Below are positions 1-11,935 of a stretch of 64,000 nt of DNA, in pieces. How positions within the stretch are numbered: position 1 is the first letter of the stretch; the number at the start of each line of letters is the position of its first letter. A program made the translations under genes and the position numbers. Location: positions 434,001 to 498,000 of the forward strand of contig MCFH01000015.1 in assembly GCA_002104945.1 (NCBI GenBank). Direction: 5' to 3'. The notes beneath the pieces were generated by a model that was not told where the DNA came from, did no database searches, and saw nothing but the letters and a program-made list of their open reading frames with translations. The DNA comes from Piromyces finnis finn (taxonomy: Eukaryota > Fungi > Neocallimastigomycota).

Positions 1-461
1 TTAGAATTACCATTGATAATAGTAGATGTTGCAATTACATTTTGGGTATAATTAGTGTCAATGGTATGACTACCAGTAGTAGTGTTACTATTATGACGTT
101 GGCTATTGGTATGGGAAGTGGTACTATATGCACTCCCAGACATATAAGGAGTATTTTTGTTTTTGATGTATGGGGAAAACATTTGAGCAGCAGAAGGATT
201 ACTACTACTATTTTTCCGACTACGGTTAAGACTGCGATAATCATCATCACGAGCAGCAGCATATTCCTGGAAGGTCATATATTGATCCTGACTACTAGAA
301 GAAGGAGGTGCTACTGGTATTGCACCTGCATTCGTTGAGGATTCTGGTGCATTTGAAATTGAAGTTCTAAATCGTTGAAAAAATTTTGAAAAAAGACCGC
401 TTTTCTTTTGTTCTACAGAATCTAATTCAAATGTTGTTAATTCATGAACCTCTGAATTCAT
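1..461 (-). CDS. 5' part of an unknown protein-coding gene, running off the window edge (MNSEVHELTTFELDSVEQKKSGLFSKFFQRFRTS...)
   Basis: ATG at 461-459 opens a stop-free minus-strand frame of about 153 codons to the window edge. The segment is GC-richer than its flanks and Ser/Thr/Asn-rich. The ORF track misses it because it has no stop. No family recognised. Confidence 0.75.
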   Translation of the reverse strand, partial: MNSEVHELTTFELDSVEQKKSGLFSKFFQRFRTSISNAPESSTNAGAIPVAPPSSSSQDQYMTFQEYAAARDDDYRSLNRSRKNSSSNPSAAQMFSPYIKNKNTPYMSGSAYSTTSHTNSQRHNSNTTTGSHTIDTNYTQNVIATSTIINGNS

Positions 462-2563
462 TTCTATATATATTTATTTTATTTTGACTATTTTATGGTT
501 GTGTGTTTAATATTAAATTACAGGTGAGGTCTTTTATTCCCTCTAAAGAGTTTTATATATTTTTATATTTTTTTTAAAAAGATAATTTTTTTTTGTAATA
601 TTATTATTTGTAATAATATATGCTTTAAAAATATTTATTATTTGCTTCGGTTTATTAATTAATTATTAAAATCTTATAGTTCTTGTTGTATAATTCCTGA
701 TTTTTAAATTGTACTTTTTTTAACAATTGTTAGTTTTATTACTTTAATAATGTTATATATATTATGGTGAGATGGACCATCAAATAATAAGGTATATTAA
801 AATGAATTTATAATATAAGCTAATAAATTATTTTATCTAATATCAATTAATTAAAATAGTTAATTATAGTTGGGGTTAATACTACCCTCTGTATATAATA
901 CAATATAATACAATCTATGAATTATATCTTAAAATTTTATCTTTATTATGGGTAGAACCATGGTCATGGTTAATTTTAAAATTTACATTTCAATAATTTC
1001 AAAAATTCCAAGTGGATATAAAGTTTAATAGTTATAATTTTGTTATATGACATTTATATTAATGAAATAAAAATAAAAAAAAAAAAAGAATATAATAAAT
1101 AGGTTATTATGAATATCGAACAGTATAAAATTGTTGAAATTAACACTTTAACCTTTATAAAATATATTTTTGATAAAAACATTTACCTTTTTTATAAAAT
1201 GGTATTTATTATTTTTTTTATGGAATATTTAAATTTAAATAAAGAATAATGAATATTTTACGTGTATTTAGTGTATTTAACATTAGAAATTTAATTGGAA
1301 TATAGGTGTGTTGAAATTTTTATATAATACTATTGAATTGGTGAAATTTTTGAAATAGGTCGATATGTGAATTTAAAATTGTATTTGAATTACTTTTATA
1401 TTGCAAGTATATATATATATACATATATATATTAAATGGAACCATATAAGATACAGGATATATATATATATATGTAAGAAAAAAAAATAATTTTACTTTA
1501 TTTGATTTGAAATTAAAAAAAAAAAAAAACAAAATGCACATTAACTTACATTATATTCTCATTGCTTATTATTATTGTTATTATAATATTTCTTGTTTTT
1601 TTTTTTGTTTGTTTGTTTGTTTGTTTTAATTCTTGTTTTTTTTTTTTGTTTTATTTATATTGTAATATTTAACAAAAAGGGTATGTGTAAAAATGTCTTT
1701 CCAATTAAAATTACAATTTGTAAAATAGTCACTTTATTTGTGTTTTGTATGTAGGTAAAAAGAAAGTAATACATACAATAAAGAGAAACTCTTTTTTTTT
1801 ATTTATTTATTTAAAAAAGTGTTGTTTTGTTTTCTAATAAAAAATCTTTATTGCATTTGGATTACTTTTTTAATTTATCAATTATTTTTAAAATTTATAA
1901 TTTATTTAAAAAAAAAAGTTTTTCCTCTTCTTTTTATTATCAATAATTAATAAAAAAACTTTATTAATTATAATTTAATAAAATATCTAAAAAATAATGA
2001 AATTTTTAAATTCTATCCAAAACTTCTTTTTTTTTGGAATAAAAAAATTAAGATAAAGGACTTGAACAAAAAGAAAAAAGGTGTAAATAACAAAGTAAAT
2101 AAATAAAACAATAAAATAAATGCTTATATTCTTTTATCTTTACTTTTGAAATTCTTTTTTTTTTTTTCGTTTATTTCAGCAACAGCAGTAGTTTTTTTTT
2201 TTATTTTTTTATTATTAATTTAATTTAAAGATTTTTATAAATTAAAATCATCCTTCCTTTTTGTTAATCATCAAAAAAAAACTTATCAAAATTAAAAAGT
2301 AAATGAATGGATAAATAAATTGTTAATAAAAGTAAATGAATATATAGATAAACTCTTGATAAAAATAAATGCTTAAAAAGAAAACATACCTAAAAAGATA
2401 TCAAAAAAAAAAGTCTTAATTTAAGGATTTCGCTATAAATAAGAAAAGTTATTATTTGACTTTTTTATATATATAATATTCTTTTTTTTTTTTTTTTTTT
2501 TTTGATGCTTTTTTTTAACCTGAAAATATTAAAACTTTTGTTATCTTTTTATTGATGATTTAA

Positions 2564-2567
<4 letters not shown>

Positions 2568-2633
<66 letters not shown>

Positions 2634-3164
2634 TTCCGAGTGCATTTCTCCCATCGATCAGAGTTAGCTCCAATGGTGGTTCTTAGAGAAACGTTGGCTC
2701 ATTCCTATTGCTAGGTGGTTGTGACCCTCCTGGTCTGTCATACTGTTTCTTCAGCTTCGACGCTCACTTAATCCATGTACATTAGATGCATGTCGTTGTA
2801 CGATATTTCACAACTACAATGCTAAGCCTCTTATAGTCAATTTGATCACGTGTCAACCGCCCCCTAATGTTTACACTTAAATTGATTAAGGAATATTATG
2901 TGTTTTTGGCATAGCCTAAGTCACCACTTATTAAGTTCTAATTTGGAATGTACCATGTACACTAGACCCTCTCAGGCCGGCTAGACGAGTGTTATTATCA
3001 TAGTAGTAAATTAGAAAGTTCATTTATACTTACCTGAATATCATAACCCAACCCATGGCAAACCCAGTGGGAAAATCCACAGGCACTGACATCTGCGGGG
3101 TCGAACCAGAAGCCTTATGTATGCTAAGGAAACGCCTTAACAACCAGGATAAAAACTGGAACGA
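2568..3164 (-). mobile_element. SINE-like non-autonomous retroposon with tRNA-like head, ~530-bp body and 63-nt poly(A) tail
   Basis: GC-richer island at 2631-3164 abutting an uninterrupted T run at 2568-2630 (poly-A on -). The direct repeat ATTTAAAAAATT lies at 2558-2569 and 3165-3176 (target-site duplication). The head contains the B-box-like GGTTCGACCCC (3107-3097) and a 5-bp/7-nt stem-loop CCTTA-GCATACA-TAAGG (3129-3113). Confidence 0.7.
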
Positions 3165-3597
3165 ATTTAAAAAATTATCTATCAAAAAAAGAATAAAAAA
3201 AAAAAATATTATTAAAATATTAATATATAATCAAAAAAAAAAAAAAAAAGGGAATTTTATATTTAATTAAATTTATTATCACTTTTTGAGATAATTTTTA
3301 TAATAAAAAAGGCTTTTTTACTTTTATCGATATTAATGTTGGTATTAAAAAAAAAAAGACTTTTATATTTCTTTTTAAATAATGATTATTATAATTGAAA
3401 AAAAAAAAAAGGATGAATGTTTTATAAATTATTTAAAAATATCAACAATTAAAAGGAAATGTTGATAGAGATACTATTATATACATTATAAAATAATATA
3501 TAAATTCTACACCTACTAACAGTATTTATATTACTACTTGATGTACGCTAACATTCTGAGCATTATTATACTCTATTTTAAAGCAAAGAATACTTTT

Positions 3598-3712
3598 TTT
3601 TTTTTCTTGAACGATAAGTTAGCACCTAACCTGCAAGAATTATTCCTAGTAATAATGGTTTCTTAGAGTATATTGCCTTGATTTCTATCAAAGTGGCTTA
3701 TCCTCACTGAAT
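3598..3712 (-). ncRNA. Possible two-hairpin structured RNA (H/ACA snoRNA-like)
   Basis: Two adjacent interrupted hairpins: GCC-TTGAT/ATCAA-GGC at 3675-3697, and TTCTTG..GTTAG/CTAAC..CAAGAA at 3604-3639. An ANANNA (AAACCA) box sits in the hinge on -. There is no canonical terminal ACA box. Confidence 0.2.
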
Positions 3713-4208
3713 TGTTATTTTATAGTGTTGGTTTCAATGTATCCTTTTATCTATATATATCATTTATAAAACATTCTTAAATACTTGCATATTTAACACC
3801 TATTTAATTAATTAAAATATCTTTTTTTTTTTTTTTACTTCATTGTATAATCAAAACCAAAAAAAAAAAAGTTGATATAAACCAAGCAAAAAATTATAAT
3901 GAAAATTATAGTTATAATAATAGAATAAAGAAAAAAAAAAAAGCAATGTAATACATTGGAATGAATGTTAATGTGTAATATATTTTTTTTATTATTATAA
4001 ATTATTATTTTATGTGTTAATGATAACAATAGTGTTAAATTATAATATACAACAATAATTAAAATTTTATTTTTTTTTTTTTTATATTATTCTTATTCTC
4101 ATATTCATTGTAATTCATGGTAATACAAATAGCGTTAACACTAATAAAAAAACATTTGTTTTTAATTAGAAATAGGTTGATTCTCACAATAGAATTTTCT
4201 TTTGTGCT

Positions 4209-5643
4209 TTATCTAATGAAAACTCTCTTGAAATTTCCTCTACGGCCCCATGGAATATGGAAATCATTGGCTTTTTGACCAATGACACCCTTTTCTTTAG
4301 CATACTTCTTTAATTCATTACGAGCTGCCTTCATTTTTTCTAAACGTTCACCTTCTATTGTCATACCACTACTACCAATCATGTTGTCTTGAGTTTTACT
4401 TCTTTGTGCAATAATTGAGGTAGTCTTTGAATCGCTATTCTCATGGATATTTTGATTATAATATCTCTTGAAATCGCGGTGGCCAATATGAGCACCACTT
4501 GGTAATATAAGTTCAGTTCCTTCAGAAGTAATTGTTAAAGCTTGGTTATATCCTTCATTTTCTTCACCATTTATCATTTCTTCATCTTCATCATCCAAAA
4601 CGCTAAAGTCATAGAAATTTCCGATTTCTAAATCTGGACCATCTTCATAAGAAATTTTGTTGTGACCTTTATCTAACATATGCTTTCTAACAGCTTCTAA
4701 ACTATGAAACATTCTTTCACAATAAAGACATGTGTTACCAATAGAGATTTTTTCACCTAAATAAGCAATTAAAGCCTTTAAATTGGCCAAATATTCAATA
4801 TCTGGAATAAAGAAAGAATGTTCCACTGTCATATGCTTCATTTTTTCTTCAAATGTATTACCCTTAAAATCACAAAATAAGCATTCTGTTTCTTCTAATA
4901 TTTTAGATGCTTTTATTTTTTCATCAAGAATTTTATTGAATTCTTCTTCAGTTTCAGCTTCAGCAAATCTCTTTTTCCAATTAATCTTTACTTCTTTAGG
5001 ATTATTATTATCGTCGGATAAATCATCGTCTGACTCATCATTATTTAATTCATTATTTTTTTCATATTTTGCAACTTTTTCAATATGTTTTTTTGAAATT
5101 TCATGATTTTTATAGGCATTTTCAGTATTGAATGTTTTTCTATAAATTTCATTTAATTATGAAATTGATTATATATTTTAAAATTTATATATATAATTTA
5201 AATTTATTAACTTTTTTTTTTTTAAATTTAAATATATTTATTATGTTTTAATTTTTATTATATTTTAAATATTTACTTGCAAAATTCACAGTTCCATACT
5301 TTTATTTGACTAGCAAGTTCATTTTCTTCAATTTGTTTTTCTATTAAATAATGATTTATTTTTTTAAATTTTTAATTTATATTTTAACATGAATTAAAAA
5401 AAAAAAACATTTATTACATATTAAAATGTTGTATATAAGTTAAGAAAGATAAAAATATTTACTAATTTTTTCATTAAATTCAGCTTCTGTTATGGATGGT
5501 AGATCAGCAACTTTTCTTTTTAAATTATATTTATGCCAATCCATTTTATAGTGTTCTCTTTGACTTTCAATATCTTTTAAAAGAACTTTACAAGTTAAAC
5601 AGGTAAAGGTTGTGGTATTTCCTGTAATAATTCTTGGTTCCAT
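4209..5643 (-). CDS. REI1: Cytoplasmic pre-60S maturation factor Rei1/Reh1 (ZNF622 family), 3 exons
   Basis: N-terminal FTCLTC...HYKMDWHKYNLKRKVADLPSI. C2H2 fingers CEFC..H..H, CLFC..HM..EH and CLYC...HMLDKGH. Also SFFIPDIEYL, ELILPSGAHIGHRDFKRYY. Start at 5643, stop at 4209-4211. Confidence 0.93.
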
Positions 5644-7269
5644 TTTATTTCTATTTTTTAATTTGAATAATGCTATTAAATGTAAAAAGTGTTTAGCTAT
5701 AATTATCTTTTATATCTTTTTTAAAAGTATTAAATTAATATATCACTATAAAATATCTAAATATATTATATTTATAATAGTTATAGTCTATTTATTCTTT
5801 GTTTTTTTATGTTTTGATACTTTACAATTTATATATTTACTAAATAAAAAAAAAAAAAAAAGGTTTTAAGGATTACTCTGTTTAATGAATCTTTAATTCT
5901 TTACACCTTTTAAAAAGTTTTTAAAGTAAAAAATAATAAATTAAATTAATTAATAATTAAAATTAATTTAATTAATAATATAAAGTTGTCACCCTTTATA
6001 TAAATTTTATTTATGCATTTTATGGATTGATGAGAATTACTATGCCAACCATTAATACATTATTAATTATTATGGAGAAAAAAAAAAAAAAAAAAAGAAG
6101 AAGAAAAAAAAAGAGAATCTTGACTTTACAATATAACTAAAAAATAAAACCTATAAATATATTGGCATCACTCTTTTACTATAGTAGAAATATAATGATT
6201 AGAATAAAGATCAATAGTATTTTTTTTTTTTTTTACTTTTAATTAATTCTATTTTTTTTTTCTTATAATGCCAATATAACACATAAAACTATTTTTACAA
6301 TATGAGTGTGTGCATTCTATTCTCTTTTAATCCCAAAGTAAAAAAAAAAAAAAAAAAAACTTTTAACCTTTGAGATAAAAAAAAAATATATTTCATAGCG
6401 GACTTTTTCCGTTATATACAATTAAAATTAAAAAAAAAAAAAAAGGGTTTTTTTATAGGAATATGGATTAAATAAAAATATTAACCTTTTTTATTATTAT
6501 TATTATTAATTTTTATTTTTATTGATGGGTTTAATCTTTCTTTTTCTCTACAATAATTACTAATTTGAATATTATAATGAATGAAATTATGTATACTGAA
6601 TAACTCATGATATAATTTATATAGATTATTATTTTAAGAAACTATTATATAAAACACTGTATATAAAACAATTCATTATAGCGTCTATTAATATAAAGTG
6701 CTAAATTTAATGAATTTTATGAATATTTAATTTTTAACAAAATAAAGTCAATTGGGTTTTAAAAAAAAAACGAACAATTTTAGTTTATTAATTTTAAAAA
6801 TTATGTACTTTTAACAATAATCTAATTCAAATGGTTGTTTATTTTTTCTTATAGATTTGATTTTTTATACTAAATACTATTTTTCATTTATTTCTTTATT
6901 TCTAATTCTTTTATTCTATTATAATAGATATTATAAAGTTTAATACCCATTATAATTAATATTCAAATACATAAAAATTAACCATAAATGCATATATATA
7001 TATATATAGTTAAGAATTTTATTTTTTTCAAAAAAAAAAAAAGGTTAATTATTTTGTTATAAAAAATAATAATGTGGATTAATAAGGCCATTTATAAATA
7101 AAATAATGTTCTATATTTTATTCATAATTAAGATTCTGATTCAATACATCTCTTTCATTAAAAAATGTATACTTTTAATTTATTATAAAATGATCAAAAA
7201 AAAAAAAAACTCATTATTTCTTTCCTGGTGTAGTGCATATGTATGTTTTACAAAGAGTTATATAATTTA

Positions 7270-7550
7270 TTTATTTAAATATATATATTTCTATATTTAT
7301 TTACTTACTTATTTATATATTCATTCATTTATTTATTTATTCATTCATTTATATATTTCTATATTTATTTACTTACTTATTTATATATTCATTCACTTAT
7401 TTACTTATTCATTTATTTATATATTCATTCATTTATTTATTTATTTATTCATTCATTCATTCATTTATATATTTATATATTCATTCACTTATTTACTTAT
7501 TCATTTATTTATATATTCATTCATTTAATTATATATTCATTCCTTTATTT
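7270..7550. repeat. Degenerate (ATTT/ATTC)n low-complexity tract
   Basis: Repeated tttattcattcat / ttatttatatat units. These explain the spurious Y/L/F/I-rich ORF 7106..7528. Confidence 0.8.
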
Positions 7551-10089
7551 ATTAATTTCTTTTCTTATCAAAATCTGGCTGTTTGGTTAAAATTGTTTAT
7601 CTTTAGAGGAAAAATAAATATTTAAATAGGTTACACAAGATAAAACTTTAAAATTTTTAATTGGATTTCAATGATTCTTATATGAATTGCTTATCAAAGT
7701 TATTTATAAATTAAACATATGGATATCATGTGTATATTAGTAAACACATTAATGTATGTTAATAAAACATAAATCACTTTTTTTGAATTAAAATTTTTTA
7801 TTGCATTATAAAAATTTTCTATCAAAAATAAAAAGATTATCAATTATTTATTAATGCAATATTTTAATTAATTATTTTGTATTTATTAATAATTTAGTTG
7901 TATTCTCTTTTAGCTTTAATGGTCTACCCTTGAATAGAAATATCATTTAGTTTTGCTTTTTTATTTCTTTTGCCATTTCTTTCTATATTTCAACTTTTTC
8001 CTTATTTATCCAAAAAATTATTTTATTATTAATATATTTAATTATATTTTTTATATATGTATTATTAATCTAAATTATTTTCTATCCATATATTAATAAT
8101 ATATTTTTTTAAATACTTTATTGAATACTAACTTTATTTTATAATAAAATTAAATTCATGGTGATACATGTATAACCAAGGAGGTTTTGAAAAAATCAAA
8201 ACATAAAAAATTGCATCATTTTTTAAAGGTTTAATTAAATAATAATATATTAGATTATATTGCAATATATACATCATATAAAATAAAAAATCACATTTTT
8301 AATTATTTTAAAAAGTTGGACAAATGACTTTTTGATATGAAAAAGGTAGTGTTGGAAGGAAGGGAGTTTTATTTTATAAATAACCACTAAAACAGGCCAT
8401 TTGGACTATACCGAACTCCAAACTCATAATAAAGAAGGAATGAGAAAAAAGTTATGAAATACAATACTTTGTTGTTATAAAAAACTTTATTATTCCTGTT
8501 TTTATATATACATAAAAAAGTTTTGGTTTTTTATGTAGAATATATAAAAAAATATTTTTATTATTCATTAAAATCACTAAAAATGGTAAAAATGGTGCGG
8601 CGGTATAAACATCATTCATAATGGTAATAATTTAATGGTGGTAAAAAAAAAAAGAGATTGGCAATAATGACATGTAGTGATAAAACTAAGGATAATTTCT
8701 TTCTTTTTCTCTATCTTTTTATATTTCATTCATTTCATTGTAAAGATCATTCTACCTTTTTTATTTTTTCTTTTCTTTCTTATTCTGTACATAAAATTCA
8801 TTTTTATTTATAATTTTCTCTTTTATTTCGGTGTCATTAAAGACTAATTAAAAAATTCAAACTTTTTTTTTTTGGATTTTCGATTATAATTAAAAAATTA
8901 AAATTTATTATTAAATAAAGTTTAAATCCATTTATTTATGAATAATAAAAATCAAAAATTTTCTTTTCTTTTTTAAAAGTAAAAAATAATAAAAATAAAA
9001 AAAAAAACATTAAAAAGCAAGTAAATCTAAACCATTTTATTTTATTTTATTTAAAAAACTAAGGGATAATTATTAATAAATAAAAGAGAGTGAAGAAAAA
9101 AGAAATAATATAAAAATAATACACCTTTAAATAATAGTTATAATAGAAAGAATATTTTTATTAATAAATTTTAAAATTTTACTCCTTTTTTTTTACAACA
9201 ATTTATTATAACAAAAAGTAAAATGTTTTTAAAAGTGTAAATAAATATCAAATATAAACTCGAAAAAAAAAAAAAAAACATACAATAAATAAAATGTTTT
9301 TTCTATTCTTTCCTTTAATTATTGAAATTATTTAGATAATAATTACTATAATTAATTGAAAAAAAAAATAAAATTATAAAGAATTTGTATATTCTAATCA
9401 TTTATTTTATAGTCAAAAAGTATTTTATACAAAAAAAAAAAAAAAAAACTCTAAAGTATAAAGATATATCACTATTTTTAAGCAAGATTAAATAATAAAA
9501 AAAAACACTTATTATTTTATTTCACAGTTTATAACATAAAACTTATAGTAAAAAAAGAAATTATATCAAATAATATTAAACTAAAAAAATTAGTTTATTA
9601 ATCTGAACTAATCATTATCTTTTTCTTCTTTTTCTTTTTCTATCTATGCTTATTCAACATACTTTATTGTAATATAATATATACTTTTGTTTCCTTTATA
9701 GATTAATTATTAGATATAATTAAAAAATTCATATTAAAAAAGATTTCTGTGAAATCAAGACCAATTTCAATTATTTTTTTTTCTTTAAAATAAAATAATA
9801 TACTGTTTTATTATTATATATAATACTTGTATAATAATAATAATAAAGAAAGAAAAAAGGATAAAATTAAAAGAAATAATATATCATTTTATTTTATACT
9901 TTTAATAAAAATAATTGTTATTCTAATTCTGAATACATAATAATAGTAATAATAATAAAAAAGGTAAAATATATAAAGAAATATAAATATATTAGATTGT
10001 TGATTCAATTAATAACTCATAAATAAATAAATATATATGTATTATATATATAAAATAATATATAAAATTAAAAAAAAAATAAAGAAACA

Positions 10090-11935
10090 ATGTTTGATAA
10101 TTCCAAGTATATTGAATTAATTTATGCTGATATTAAGCCAGAAGCAAATGATGGATTAAAATTCACTGGTGTTGTCAAGGTAATAATGGTGATAAAATTT
10201 CAAATAGAAATATATATATATAATATAAAAACATAAAACTATTATATTTTTATTAAATATATAAATGTATATGTATTATATATTTATTTTCCAAATGGAT
10301 TTTTTTTTTTATTATTCATATATTATATATGGATTATTAAATATAGATTAATGTTCAATCACTTGGTAAAAAAGAAAAGAAAGGAACTAATCATGAACAT
10401 AATGTTTACTTACATGTAAAATTATCTGATGGTTATGTTGTTGTAGGAAAGGTTAAACCATTCCGTTTACTTGCTAATAAAGATGAAGAAGTAAGAGATA
10501 GTTACAAACCATTTCATCCATTATATTTCAGATTCTCACATACTTCAGGTATATAATAATTTTAATTATTCAGGGATTTTTAAAATAAATATAAAAGAAT
10601 AAGATGTTAATTAATTATAAATTATTACTTTATTATAATACATAATAGGTGGTTTTGGAAGACCAAGAATGACCGAATTTTACTTAATGTAAGTTTTAAA
10701 ATTAATCATTAATTCATTAATTCATAATAATGATTCCTCCCTAATTTTTATATTGATATATTGATGTTGATAATATTCATTTATACAGTTATGAACATAT
10801 TCGTGTTATGCATGACGAAAGAATAAAGGAAAATTATTTCTTTAATTATAATGGAAGTAATTTAAAAATACCTAAACGTTTGGGTTGGATTAATCAAATT
10901 TATGGTAAGGATTGGCATCGTACCTTAATTTATGTTCGTCGTCCAACTTTACCAGGTCAAAGTGTATATATGATTGGTGCTCGTCCAAGTAGTAAAATGT
11001 ATTCTGCTACCCATGGTCAAGATGTACCAATTTATCATACAAATGTTATGGATAAATCAAAAAGATTAATTAGAGGTAGATATAGAAATAATTAGATTTT
11101 TTTAATAATTAACAATAGATTATATATTTTTTTTTCTTTTATAGATAAATAGGATACTAATTTGACATAACGTTATAATTTTATTTAAATAATTACTATG
11201 TTATCTAATATTATAATAGAATTTGATGATAAATTAACTTGGGTTCCATTGAGAAAACGTATGGGTAGCGATAATAAAAATATGCCATTAGGAACACCAC
11301 TTGACTGTAAATATTATAATGAATTAAGAAAAAAAATATGCTATTGCTAATGATAAATTAATCTTTTTTTTTTTTAAATATTTATTATTATATATTTTTA
11401 TTAATATATTCTTTTTATTACAAAAGGGACAACGGATGATCCAAATTGTGGTAATAGTTGGTTGGTTTCTGGTTATGGTTTTGATGAAACTAATTCAGAA
11501 TTGCATTTAGGTCCACATTACTGGCTTTTAGATATTATTGTCGATAGTTTTTACTGTGAAAGTAATGAAGAAAGTGAAGATGATTTCTATTATCAAGATG
11601 ATTTAGATGAATTTGATTTTGATCCATACAATTCTGATCATTTTTCTCCAAAATACAAAAGTTCTGGTTCTTATAATTTAAGAAATAAATATGAAGAATT
11701 ATCCTATCGTAAAGGTGGTAATGAAACTTCACAGTATAATGATGGACGTGGTTATACTTTTAAATTTAAACTTTGTGATGAAAATGGAAATATTGAAGGT
11801 TCCCATCTTAATGGAGGTGGTGGTTTAACTCGTGTCGCTCAATGTGGTATGATTAATATTATTGATTATGGTGTCCCTGGTTCTGAAAGATATATTCCAA
11901 TGGATGGTGTACGAAGACCAATTCGTGATTGTTAA
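10090..11935 (+). CDS. 404-aa protein: CBM21-like N-terminal domain + alpha-amylase C-terminal-extension (P. haloplanktis AHA-type) domain, no catalytic GH13 domain
   Basis: Six GT-AG exons (10090-10179, 10347-10548, 10649-10688, 10789-11075, 11220-11306, 11427-11935) join in frame, 1215 nt in total. C-terminal motifs: RTLIYVRRPTLPGQ, DDKLTW, GTPLDWTTDD, GPHYWLLDIIVD, VAQCGMIN. N-terminal motifs: FTGVVKINVQ, EFYLIYE, YFFNYNGSNLKI. The gene model is solid; the domain calls are from motif memory. Confidence 0.8.

Noticed and set aside
35-338. ORFs 35..262 (-) and 42..338 (+)
   Set aside because: Out-of-frame and antisense shadows of the real open frame starting at 461.
2966-2983. 18-mer TAGCCGGCCTGAGAGGGT (- strand) recalling bacterial 16S rRNA
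   Set aside because: The flanks do not continue the 16S sequence as I recall it, so there is no support for an rRNA fragment.
3026-3036. ATACTTACCTG, identical to the 5' end of U1 snRNA
   Set aside because: No loop I (AUCACGAA), canonical loop II or Sm site follows. It is better explained as the reverse complement of a 5' splice site on the - strand.
3085-3164. tRNA gene on the - strand
   Set aside because: A B-box and an anticodon-like arm are present, but there is no paired acceptor stem, the T-stem is imperfect and the loop is non-canonical. Treated as a SINE head.
6395-6415. Hairpin ATAGCGGA-CTTTT-TCCGTTAT as a Helitron 3' end
   Set aside because: No CTRR terminus downstream and no associated element sequence.
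7106-7528. 140-aa ORF
   Set aside because: Translation of an ATTT/ATTC low-complexity tract.
8150-8700. Slightly GC-richer intergenic patches
   Set aside because: No convincing ORF, box C/D pair, terminal repeats or stable structure found by eye.
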